DNA of 64,000 nucleotides. Origin: Cercozoa sp. M6MM. Taxonomy: Eukaryota > Protista > Endomyxa: Ascetosporea. Positions 27,167 to 40,315 of this stretch are shown piece after piece (the stretch's first letter is position 1; each line of letters begins with the position of its first letter). The stretch is taken from the NCBI GenBank assembly GCA_040357565.1, contig JBDODJ010000009.1. One strand, written 5' to 3'. The position numbers and the translations under genes were made by a program. The notes under the pieces are model-generated. The model was not told where the DNA came from. It was given only the letters and a program-made list of their open reading frames with translations, and made no database searches.

Positions 27167-27224
27167 CGTACACTTTATTAAACTCAATGCCAAAGCACAA
27201 ATGCACTTTGACTTGTATCAAAGT

Positions 27225-27390
27225 AACTTACCTGGATCATTGCGGGGTTGGGTGATCACGCAGGCCCTCCCCGTAGCGCTGAGCAGGGCCTCCTGCACTT
27301 GGTCGTCTGTGACGCGTTCACCTCGCCTTCGGGTGTCGTGGTGATTCTAATCTCTACAGCGGGATCGGCGAGCTAGACTCCTGGTCCTGG
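27225..27390 (+). ncRNA. U1: U1 spliceosomal snRNA
   Basis: 5' AACUUACCUGG; helix H GGAUCAU/GUGAUUC; stem-loop I loop GAUCACGCAG (U1-70K site); stem-loop II loop UCCUGCACUU (U1A-like); UUCG-capped stem-loop III; linker at the Sm position; terminal stem-loop IV; ~165 nt. Confidence 0.95.
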
Positions 27391-28192
27391 ACCTCACCCT
27401 CACCTCCCCTACTTTTTTTTGTTTTGTTGCCGCCCGCGCCGTGCCGTTTCAACGACGCCGGACAGCGGGACACAGTGCATCCCATCAAGATAACCTTCCT
27501 AAACTCCCCTGTTGAGAAGAAAGCTCGCTAAACAGTTCGATTTTCTTCAGCACGTCGCCAAACAGCGCGAGCCATGGCAGATGGCCTGAACTAAATAAAT
27601 CCACTGAATCGATGGAGGGATCGATCGATCGTCCATACATACGGGTATTAAAAACCCGCGCTCCGGTTTCGCGTCAAACTTACATCACTCCTATTGTTGT
27701 TCCTCTTTAGTTTCTCTCAGTGCGCTCAGTGAACAACATGAAGCTGGTGTTGACTACGTTGTTGGCTGCGTCGAATTCACCCTCCTTTTTCCTTGTTTTT
27801 GCTGCTTTGATGCTCGAATTCACTAGCGGCTACGTGCAACGAAGTGGTTGGGGTGGTCCCCAGCCTGTTGGAGTATCGTATGCTGGACCGTACGAATTTA
27901 TTTCGTGCGCCCCAGCGCAAGCACCGGAGCAGCCGGACCCGTAATGATCATGAGTCGAGTCCGAGCGCACATGTTTTTATCGTATTGTACACGACGCGCA
28001 CCACTGGCATCTAGAAAATTTCTTGAACTGCCAGTGTTATCGCTATGCCGTGACATAGCAGATATAAAAATGCGAACGACAAAGACGGAGCGGAGACAGC
28101 GCAGCGCGACTTGAACCAACTGTCAGATGCAGCGGGGCCGTCATGTCATCGTTCGCGCGCGGCGATAGATCAACGGAAGCCGAAGGCTGGGT

Positions 28193-28382
28193 CTACTTGC
28201 GCTTTCCGGGCTTGAGCTTGACTACCTCGCCCTCGTAGCGCACACCCTGGCAAGCGCAGACTCGTATCATACACGTCTCTGCATATCGCTACAGAAGAGC
28301 AAGCAGTACCTTGCCCTTGTAAGGTTCAGGCTTGCGCAGCTTGCGGACTCTGAATCGTAACAAGAGGGGTAAAGATAACTTC

Positions 28383-28467
<85 letters not shown>

Positions 28468-28476
28468 GAGAGAGAG

Positions 28477-28529
<53 letters not shown>

Positions 28530-28629
28530 NNNNNNNNNNNNNNNNNNNNNNNNNNNNNNNNNNNNNNNNNNNNNNNNNNNNNNNNNNNNNNNNNNNNNNN
28601 NNNNNNNNNNNNNNNNNNNNNNNNNNNNN

Positions 28630-28668
<39 letters not shown>

Positions 28669-28744
28669 CTACGTAGAGGCGAAGCTAGTGACAGCGTATC
28701 GATCGACACCCGAAATGCAGATTGTGGTCGGGTCCGGCATCTCG

Positions 28745-28812
<68 letters not shown>

Positions 28813-29534
28813 AAAAACAGGTCAGGGTACGAGAAGGCAGTTGGGAATCTCAACGACTTGCATCTCGCAGAAACCGATCTTGAGCTTCAGCTGCTCGCCG
28901 TCGCATTCGCCACGGTAACCCAGACCTTCGCACACACATACACGTAGAGGCACTCAGGTACACACAAACGCATAGGTTGCGCGTGTGCTGTACCTTCAAT
29001 CTTGAGGTTTACTGTAAAGCCGAGTTGCTGCGACACAGACACAGATAACGTCATAGCGCCTCGTTGAGAAACTAAGGAATCCGTCTACCGTGTCGCGCAC
29101 GCCGTTGGAAACGACAGTACGTGCGTAGCCCCAGAACTGCGGGTGATACAGCTCATGCTCCTCGTTCGGCACTATCCGGGCCACACCGTCCTCCTGCTCA
29201 AGCTGCATGGAGCCGTGGATCTTGGTGCGCATGCTGCCCAGCGGACCATCGACCTGCACATCGTAGATGAGCGCACATAGGACTTTTAAGACACCAAGGT
29301 ACCTGCACGATCGTCCACTCGTCGCCTTTCGGCGTGCTGGAAAGCTTCACCGTGTCTGGAACGGGAATTGGCTGCGCCCCGATCCACGAACTGTACGGAA
29401 AACCCAACATTGGATCACATTTGATTTGTTGTGCGCACATGCGATCGAGGCACACATAAAGAGGGCCATAGTGGAGCAAAATACAATTGTCTCACGCCTG
29501 CGAGCACCTGCCGGCTCCGTCTAAGTGCCTGCAT
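28193..29534 (-). CDS. rpl6: Mitochondrial ribosomal protein uL6, nuclear-encoded
   Basis: SWIGAQPIPVP, VDGPLG, FWGYARTVVSN, GFTVNLKIEGLGYR, RKPEPYKGKGVRY...KPGKRK*. Bacterial-type L6 with an Arg-rich N-terminal extension. Confidence 0.9.
28384..28810. repeat. (CAGA)n/(GA)n and (TG)n microsatellites in two uL6 introns, with gap
   Basis: Directly visible. Confidence 0.9.
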
Positions 29535-30129
29535 TTTGTGTCGAGTTTTTTCTGCTACTGCAGCGAAACCAGGCACCAGGTGCAAGCTTTGCCACGTAAC
29601 ACCACTTCGGCACTGGCCTGCGCGCCTGTTTGAGTGAGAACACAACTCAACACAAAAATTAAAACGTACGGGTCCGGCCTGGCAGTCGTAGCCGGCTGGC
29701 CCAGGACGTACAGATGATATTTTCATACAGGCTTTTGTCGACATCAGTACTGTGTGCGTATTGTTGTTTTTAATGTTTGCTACGTACTAACAAGCCCAGT
29801 CACCAACGAAAACAGAAGATCCCGAGTCGATGAAACGCATGTTGATCGATCTATCGATCGATCGCAGAATGAGCACGTGCTAGACTGTTGATCCATTTGT
29901 TTATCGGCGACTTTCTGCCAGTGTAGCCAGCCAAAAATAAACCCGAGCAAAAAACGTCATCGCCGCTACCGTACTTTATTTTCTGTGCAAGTTTTCGTCG
30001 CATAAGCCCCGTACGGTGTTACACACATGCATTGCATGCCTCACCGGCATTCATTCTAGCAATAACCGGTGCTGGTTGCAAGTTGCTTTTTTTCGCTAGT
30101 AACGAGTGGTTGTTTGCTCAGAACCCAAC

Positions 30130-31439
30130 ATGTCCAACCCGATCCACTCGCTTCTGCACAGCACCACTGCCGTAGCGTTTTTCCTTCCGTTGTCGCTGTG
30201 TGCCCTGTCAATTTGACCCGAAAAACCTCGTGCGCAGGCCTCGCTCGTGACCGAGCAGCAGATCGTGACTGTGCAGTACAACGCCTCGATTGAGGAGGCC
30301 GTGCAGAAGCTCAAGAAGAACTCGCTGCAGGCCGTTCCGGTCATGAAGGAGAACGAGTGCCTCGGCTTTGTTGACGTGTCTGATATCCTCGCCTACGTCG
30401 TTTCTGTTGTCCCGGCCGATCTGGAGGACTACCTCACGCTCATCGCGCAGGGCACGACCCAGCGAGCCATGGCGTGGCCGCAAGTCTCGCAGATCGTACC
30501 TTTTTCGCTTCAGCTCTCCCTATGAGAAAATAGTACTGGAGTAAATGTTTGGTGCAGGTGGACCGCTCGGGCGCGGACCCGTACGTGCCGGTTTTTGTCG
30601 AGACCCCGCTTTCGCAACTGCTGAACCTCTTCGGTGCCGGCCAGGTGCACCGCGTTCTTCTTGTCAACCGGTATGACACGCCGAAACATATCCTTGCTGT
30701 ACCCTTGAGTGGATGACTCTGTACCCATACTATGTGTCCACAGCGAGCAACAGCCGTCGGCCATTGTCTCGCAGACCGACATTGTCAAGTTTGTGGCCTC
30801 GCAGTTCGTCCGCGGTGACATTAAGAACATGGCTGCCAAGGTAGCCCTATTTTGTTGCTCTCAGTCTTCTTGTATCTTAGGTTTTGTGTTCCTACAGTCG
30901 CTCACGGAGCTCGGTTTTGCGCCCAAGTCGGTGATCTCGGTGCTCGAGACTGAGTGTATCCCCTTCCTTCTTGTGTTGCACCACGCCACGTGTGTTTCTC
31001 CGACCATTTTATCTCTTTTTCGTGCAGCCGTGGTGGAGGTGCTGAAGAAGATGGCCGCTCAGAAGGTCACGGCCGTTGCTGTCACCAACGCGGAGGGCGC
31101 TCTCGTTGCCAACTTCTCGGCCAGCGACCTGTTCAACCTGTACGACAAGGCCACGCCGCAGTTCCAAGCGCCGGTGCGCGAGTTCCTCGAGCAGTACTCC
31201 GAGCGCTCGCTCGCGCCTATCTGCGTCCGCGTCGAGCAGAGTTTTGCCGAGGTCGCTGCTGTCTTCGCCGAGCAGGGCTTGCATCACGGTACTGCCAACC
31301 CTCTCCGTTCCTGTCGCCCATTTACCCAGCCTCTCTTTCTCCAGCCTTTGTGCTTGACGCTGACATGAAGCCAGCCAACATCGCCTCGCTCAGCGACCTC
31401 TGCCAGATCGCTGCCGCCTACGAGTACCAGGAGGTTTAA
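30130..31439 (+). CDS. CBS-domain protein (AMPK-gamma/Sds23-like)
   Basis: CBS motifs LQAVPVM...GFVDVSDIL, VHRV, IVSQTDIVKF, VTAVAVTN...LVANFSASDL, IASLSDL; TAA stop. Confidence 0.88.
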
Positions 31440-31669
31440 CCGTCGAAGTCTACTGAAGGACTCAACGCAAGCCGTGAGTCGACTTGGGAGCTTCCTGTCG
31501 TTTGTTAACTTGAACTGTAGCATAGCGGGGCCAAATTTCCACTTTTTGCCATAATTTGCCACTTATTCGGAATCATTACACTTTTTTGCACGTTATTACA
31601 GCCAGTCAGAAGTATGGTGAGCATAAATGCATTTAAGTAGTCAGATATGAACCTACTATGTCATTACAT

Positions 31670-31873
31670 GCCAGCGGGCGTGCCAAGCATCAAAGAAACG
31701 CCAGCTTTGGTGCCGCGCGACCCTGACGTTTCGGTTGTTGTTGGTGTCGACCGCGTTTAGCTCAGTGCCAGGTCGTGCATTCGACTGCAGAGATTTCGCA
31801 AGAGCCACCGTTCGTGCCCTCAATAGCTTTTTTGGCATTGATTGCTTGGTTGTAGGCACACTTACGCCAGCTG
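31670..31873 (+). ncRNA. Candidate structured RNA containing a degenerate tRNA-Cys(GCA)-like segment
   Basis: Ends pair (CAGCgGGCGU/ACGCCaGCUG and GCCAAGCAUCAA/UUGAuUGCUUGGU); internal TAGCTCAGTG...GCATTCGACTGCAGA; T-rich 3' flank. No family assigned. Confidence 0.3.
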
Positions 31874-31959
31874 TCTCGCCGTTTTGATTTTTGTTTTAAA
31901 ATAAACTTAGTCTCTTGAAAGGAGCAATCTATGCTCTTCGAAGGTCAGGGTACTAGACA

Positions 31960-32160
31960 AACACTATACTCCACTCTTTACAGGTCCTAAGTGAGTGACT
32001 TTCTAATATCGTTTCGTAGCAGTATGGCCGGACTCGCGTAGGCCCTATCCGGCGGAGCCCCAGCTGAGCCTTCCCTTCCAGTCGAGTGAGCCAGTGCAGT
32101 CCTCGCATGATCGGCGGCCGGGAACCGAACTTGAGCGGAGCTACGATAACTGGGGCTCGA
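31960..32160 (+). ncRNA. Candidate structured RNA with weak U3-like traits
   Basis: 9-bp stem GAGCCCCAG/CTGGGGCTC; 5' ACUAUACUCC; GAGUGAG and AUGAUC motifs; canonical C'/D boxes absent. Confidence 0.22.
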
Positions 32161-32442
32161 AAACTTAAAACGACCAGATTCGCGTGACCGACAAATCTAG
32201 TTCAGTTGACTGCTCATTTTTTCAATTCGATTCGCCGTAAGTTTACAAAACGTACTCTTCCGGATTGGCTTGCTCCTACGCAGAGGCCACAGGGCTTAAC
32301 AGGGTTAGTTACAGGGTCGACTAAACGAAGTGTACCAGCTTGGTCTTTTCGGCGAGCGACATCGGTTCGCCCGTGCCGACCAATCGCTCAATCGGCTGTC
32401 AATCACACAAGCAGAAGAATTGTCAGTGCTTTAATCAGCAAT

Positions 32443-34067
<1,625 letters not shown>

Positions 34068-34319
34068 GCTCAGAGCTGCATATAGCAATCAAAGGTCGTT
34101 TTCACGCTGAACACACAACACTCTGAAACAAACGTACCTGCTTAGTAATTGGCACACCTCTGAATGCAGTTGAAGGGCTCTCCGGGTGTTGATTTTTTTA
34201 AGGCGGGGAGCATCCCGCCATGAAGAAGATTAAGTGTGCGATTACTGTCAGCAAGGCATCCGCGGCTCGGTCCTACTGCGCGGAGCTGTTGTTGGAGTGA
34301 GTGTGCAGCAACACACACC

Positions 34320-35417
34320 ATGTCGCATAACTTTATCCCCGGAACGCGCCTTGGCAACTTTCGCTTTCGCCTGCTGATGCCGTGAGTTTAGCGTTATGTG
34401 GTGTCTGCATACATGGGCTGTGCTTTTACTGGTGTTAACGCAACAATCGAATCTTGATATTGATCTGTCTGATTTCGTTTGTTTTTTCGTTTGTTTTTCC
34501 TCTTTTCGTTTGTTTTCGTCTCTGTGTCTTCACTGATATCCATGCTTTCGCAGGGGCCCGCGTCCGGTGCATAAGCGCATCCGCAAGCAGCTGTCGAGGC
34601 TCGGTCTCAGCAAGGACATGACCAAGCGTCTTTACTTGCAGGTAGCGTCAGGGAGTTTGTGTTTGAGTGTCGGAATTTGGTGTATGTAGGCCACGATGGT
34701 GCGGCCGAACGAGGCGGTGTTTGAAGTGCCGATGAACTTCTCCAAGCCGCAGATTCGTGCCTACCTGAAGAATCTGTATCTTCCACACTCTCCGCCACCT
34801 CTAGCACTGTATGCGAACACATGTAGCTACGATCTCGAGTGCGAGAACGTTGACACGGCCATTGTCCCGCGAAAGAACCAGAAGGTACGATTTTTGCTCT
34901 TTTTACTTGTTTCATTCAATCGCATTTGGCTATCAGGATGTCAAGCACGCCTACGTGACGCTGACGCGACCTTTCCAGTGGGTACCTGCATCATCTCGTG
35001 GGCCCACATGTCGCGTTGGTGTATGCCTTGTTTTGTACGTGCGAAGAGCACGGCCGAGATCGTGCGCCGCAACGGTTTTAAGCTGCGACAGAGTTATGAG
35101 TACGCGCACCAGCCGCTGAGTGATCACGCGCTCGACATGCTCAAACAAGTGAACGCTCAGATTCGCTCGACTCTGGTGCGATCTGGTCCTACTCTCTGAG
35201 CAAAAGATGACAAACTTGTTTGCTCGTTTTCGCAGCACCACGGCGACCCGTCGCAGGCCAAGCCGGAAGACGCCAAGTTCTTTGGCACCAAGCGTACCCG
35301 CCCCCTTTCCGTTAATGTGTCTTGTGTGTCGCCTTTTAAACTTACGAGAGTAGGAGGTGGCAGCAAGGCGCATATCTCGAAACAGCGCGTCGAGGCCATC
35401 GAGAACAAGAAGGTACA

Positions 35418-35477
<60 letters not shown>

Positions 35478-36159
35478 TGTGTGTGTACGCGTGTTGGTTC
35501 GCTGCACAGAACCGTCGCAGAGAACACACGCTGCGTCGCGTGTCACAGCTCGCCAAGTTGGCCAACATGTCCATGGAAGAGTACATGGAGTGGGAACGCG
35601 AGCGACAGATCGACTCACAGTACGATGTGCTTCCCCATGAGCTGCCTGTGCGCATACAAGCACCTTCTGTTTTGTAGGAACGTGTGGGGTCCGCGTACTC
35701 GCCGTCAGGACCACGATCGTCTGCTCAAGGAGGTCGACTTCCTGGTGTGTGCTTCTCTTGTGTCCCTTGCTTGTGCCTGTGCTTGTTCTTGTGTACGTTT
35801 ATGTGTGTGTGCGTGTTACAGTCAAGGAGTCGCGGTATGCAGCAAGAGGTCGACCGTGGTGTTGCCAAGCAGGAGCACCATGCGCATGTGCTTCTGATGG
35901 AAGGTGCCCCTTGCTATTCGATATTCACTCGATATGTGCTGTGTGTCTGTGCTTGTATATACCTGGTTTATGTGTATTTGTGTCAGAGGGTGCCGTGCCA
36001 GACGACATGGTCAAGCAGGTCACGGAGCGCGACATGACCTCGCTGGGTCGCAAGGCCAAGCTGCAGATGAAGAGGGAACTCGAGCAGGCGCGACTCAACA
36101 AGGAGAAGGAGCTTCAAGACGCGCTCGACAAGGTGGTGCGCGCCACGAGCACTCTGTAA
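34320..36159 (+). CDS. mrpl23: Mitochondrial ribosomal protein uL23 with long C-terminal extension
   Basis: AVFEVPMNFSKPQIRAYLKNLYDL..VDT...DVKHAYVTL is the uL23 signature; further spliced, charged helical exons run to a TAA stop. Confidence 0.82.
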
Positions 36160-36486
36160 TCCCTATGACCGACCCTGGCGCTGCTCAATCATACTGCCGG
36201 TGCGGTGCTATTTGCGTGCGCCAAGTTTATTTCACCATCGCTCTAATGCTATCAGTGTCCCGGCCCGTCCGATCGATATGACATGTTGCATTTTAGCCTG
36301 GAAATGCACTATGAATATATATATGTTACGGCACAACCAGTCAAGTTGTCATCTGACTACTCATGTCTTCTAATCCTCCGCATCGACGCCACGCCATTCT
36401 AACTGACGTTTTACTTCCTTTATTTAGTCGTTTTCAATACCTTAGTTACTGGTTTCCATACCGTAACATATATTTAAATTAAAAGC

Positions 36487-36760
36487 TCATTCACGTGAGA
36501 TTCTCTTGGAGTGAGTCGCGGACGTCGTTGTACTTATCGCCCACGACCTTGCTGACATCCTCAAACATGGAGCCAACACTGCCGTACCGTAGTCTCGACA
36601 ACGCCTGTCCGGCACTCGTGAAGAAGCGTCCTTTCTTGTCGCTGCCTTGCCACACGATGTAAATCTGAACGTCGCAGTCGTACTCGGCGCTCCTATATAT
36701 AGTGCGTGTGCGTGCGTGTGCGTGCATGTGTGTGTTCGTGTGTGTGTGTGTGTGTGTGTG

Positions 36761-36813
<53 letters not shown>

Positions 36814-36823
36814 NNNNNNNNNN

Positions 36824-36871
<48 letters not shown>

Positions 36872-37594
36872 CAATGCACACGTGTATATGTTTGAGCAGT
36901 GCGTGGTACGTGTTGGTTTGCGTGCGACACTGCGCTTCTGGCACGGCGCAGTTGTTCTGGAGAAGTGAGAACTTGCTGCAGGTACGGCGCATGTCTTGGT
37001 CCCACTTGAGCGATTTCACCTGGCCACAAATCACGCAGTGCACGCACGCATCCAGTAAGAGAACGTCGCAACACACACACCTTGCCTTCGTCTACAACGA
37101 CACTGATCGAAAACGAAGTGACCACCAAGCCATCTGTGCGCCACGGAAGAAGCTCACTGCGTACGCCACCGGCCTCGATGAAGACATAGCTACACCAAAG
37201 GCACACAGCTGCGGTATACACGAACGATACCCATGCAACAAAGATATGCAACAAAGAGGAGATACATGTCCCCCGTCTCTGATAACAGGTTCGTAGCCGA
37301 GTCGACCACCAGCAGTAGATCCTGCTCATCTACCTTGGGACGGAAAGCCGCAGCTCGATTTACCTGTACCGAAAGCAAAAGGCCTAGTCAGCCCACAAGA
37401 AACAAAAGCAGTTATACCCTTTCGGCATTGGAAGGCACACCCACAATGCCCAAGCACAGTGGTGCACTCTGTTTGTACTGCTGGACGCGCTGTGTCTCGC
37501 TGGTACCGCACGAAAATGCCACAGGAGATTCCTGCGCCTTTGACGGCAACAGTAGCGACAGTAGCAGCACCACAGTACCCCACGCCCACAGCAT
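36487..37594 (-). CDS. Secreted Cys-containing protein resembling the plant Expp1-like family
   Basis: Signal peptide MLWAWGTVVLLLSLLLPSKA; motifs AFRPKVDE, VTSFSI, LKW, CDVQIYIVWQGSDK, SRLRYGS. Family recognised from memory, not searched. Confidence 0.62.
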
Positions 37595-38716
37595 AGCGTG
37601 CAACTCGCTGCGTTACTGATTAGCGACTTGAGAATTCGATATCGACGCAGCACTTGATAAAAATTCGCCAACAACTACTCAATGGCGAGCCGTTTGCTAA
37701 TGGTCATTGATACAGGATCGCAAGTAGCAACTGTTCACGATCGCCGCAAAAAAGGACGTCAGTGAGAGGTATCGGTTGTGAGAGCGGGTGCAACGTAAGC
37801 GCGATCGAAGTTAGTCCTCCTTCTGCTTTTTGTGTGCGGCCTGCTTCATTATTTTCAGATCAAATCCTCAATTTTTGTCCAGCAGGACTCCAGATTTTGT
37901 TCTGGCCCCTGGAGCAGACTGCTGAGGCTCCTTCTCATCTGACATTCAGCGCTCGCCACAAGGCAGTGTGCGATTGCCTGTTCCTTGCAGTCGGTTGCCA
38001 CAGGCAGCGTCCGCTAAGTGCAGATTGGTGTGAGTGTCACCTCTCCCTGCGTTCTGTCGCTTTTGCAAGTTTTTATCCCTCGCTCACCTCGCCCACGAGC
38101 AGCAGAACGGACCGCTTGTTTGATTCTCTGGGCTGCATCTAGGTACGTAATCTTTTGCATGAAACGGAAAAAGGCGCTGTTTTCGGGCCGAGTTGTGTGC
38201 TCTGATCTGTGATTGGGCCGAGTTGTGTGCTCTGGGTGCCGTGTGGTGCGTGTTGTGTGCATCTGTGGCGGGCTGAGGGCTGAGCCGTGTTGCACACCAT
38301 AGGGGATTGCAACGCACGTGGTGACGGGTATAACGGTCTCTCACTTTGACTTGGGTCAGTTTGAAAAAAAACGAGTCCAAGTCGGCCCAAGAAACGTTCC
38401 TTCCGACCACGTTCTCTCTGTACCCGGTAAGCCACTCTGCTTTCGCATGTGCGTGAGTTGCCAGACGAATTGTCTGAGGGATTTTTGGCATTGTGACCTT
38501 TTTTCTGGGTCAGACTCGGTGCTTTATGTGTTTCTCACTCCGTGTTTGGGTGTTTCAACAGTGGCTGTAAGATAGAGCTTCAAGAGCAACACCAGGTACA
38601 ATGTGCGCACGCTGAGATTGTGCCTTGCCCGGGGCATTCTTCTTAGCACTAACCCGTCCTCTCGTCTTTTGTGTAGTGTCCAGAGTGACCGTCATTTCGT
38701 CGGCGTGCTTCTGTGG

Positions 38717-40205
38717 ATGGCGCCACCGCGATCGCTGCCGTGCACTCCCTCGACGTCGCTCGCCACCGGCTTAAGGTACGGGCGCTCTCGCGCGCCCTTG
38801 TCTGTTTGTTGGAACATATGGTCTGCGTGTGCAGTCACCTCAACGTGGACACGCCGCACAATTCGCCGCCGTCTGTGGTGCGCTCGGTGTCGCGGCATCT
38901 GCCCAAGGAGCCGTCCAGAGAGCGATCGGTGCCGCCGTCGCCTTCCAAACGGTACTGGATCTGGCGTGCCTTTTTGACTGTTAGCCTACGGAGTGCGTGC
39001 CACAGGGCGCATGCCTCGTGTGACGACTCGGCCTCGCAGCTGACGTCGGCTGGCGACGCCAACAGTCTGCGTGGCGACCAGACTGCCGCTGAGGACGACT
39101 CCTTCTCGGTCGCGCCACGTGTTAGGTGCAATAAATATGCAGGCATAGCATCCGTCGGGTGCTAAATGACCAGTGCGTGCAGGCACTTCAGCTCGTTCGA
39201 CGGCTCGAACTCGCGGCAGATGAGCGCACCGGCGCGACGCCTGTCCTTGTTCGACGAGACGCCGGCGTCCGAGCCGGAGCACTTGGAGCACGCCTCGCTG
39301 CCGCCAATGACGCGTTTGCGGCGCGATGCCTCTGTGGTCGACACTGCCGATGTACCATCACGTCTTTGCCGGGCAGGCTATATTCTGGGACTTGTATGCT
39401 TGGTGCTTTGCCGGGACAGACAAGGCTCGGAAAGCGAACGTCGCGTGTACGATCGCGTCGCGTCGTGGCACCTCGTTCGGCGCCGCACAAGTTTCGCTCC
39501 TTGTCAGCCAACGACTTTCGCTCGACACTGCCGCATACGGCGACCGGTGATCTCGATGGTCTCGGTACTGTCTGTCTGTGTCTTCTGTGGTGGCAAATAT
39601 GTAAATGTATCCTTACCTCTCTGAAGTAGAAGGCTGCATGGGGGAATCGAAGGAACTCGAGTCACCAGACGATGTGAAACTGCCGGCACGCAAGCGGCAC
39701 TGCTCGATGAGTGGCAACTCGTTCTCCTTCATGCGACTGCGGCCGGCCTCGGCACCGACGCGATCTGTACCGATCACTTTGTGTATGTGTTGGGTGAGAC
39801 ACAATGTGAGTCCACGATACTGGGCTGGTCTCTCTTAGCGACAGCAGGAACAGGACCCACGTGCGCCGCCAGAACCGATGGGTTTGAAGCCGCCAGTGCC
39901 ACCGGTAGCTTCACTCGTTGTGTGCATGTGAACGCAGGCACTGTCTTTGTGCAGATGCGTTCCGGCAAGAAGAAAAAGAAACCGCTGCGGATAGTGCCGC
40001 GGCAGTTGCCTCGTGTCACGGAGGAGACCCTGGCCCAGTCGCCCAATGCGTGTGTGGGGTCACCCAAGCGACGCAGTCGGCGACAACTGAGCAACCGGGG
40101 CAGTCTCGATCTTGGACAACTAGACGACGTCGATCGCATCTCGTGGGACAATGTCATTCGCAGGTACTCCTCGCCCCTCGTACCAAGTCTGATACGTCTC
40201 GTCTA

Positions 40206-40255
<50 letters not shown>

Positions 40256-40265
40256 NNNNNNNNNN

Positions 40266-40315
<50 letters not shown>

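Noticed and set aside
31751-31822. Functional tRNA-Cys
   Set aside because: The acceptor stem does not pair and the T arm is truncated.
31783-32101. RNase P/MRP RNA on the minus strand (GAAAGUCACU...ACGAACGGUGGCU, GACUGCA/UGCAGUC ends)
   Set aside because: The P4-like pairing lacks the bulged U, other conserved regions were not found, and an AT-rich spacer with T-runs splits the span. A cmsearch would settle it.
32301-32311. Telomerase template CUAACCCU on the minus strand
   Set aside because: Only 8 nt, with no supporting pseudoknot or promoter evident.
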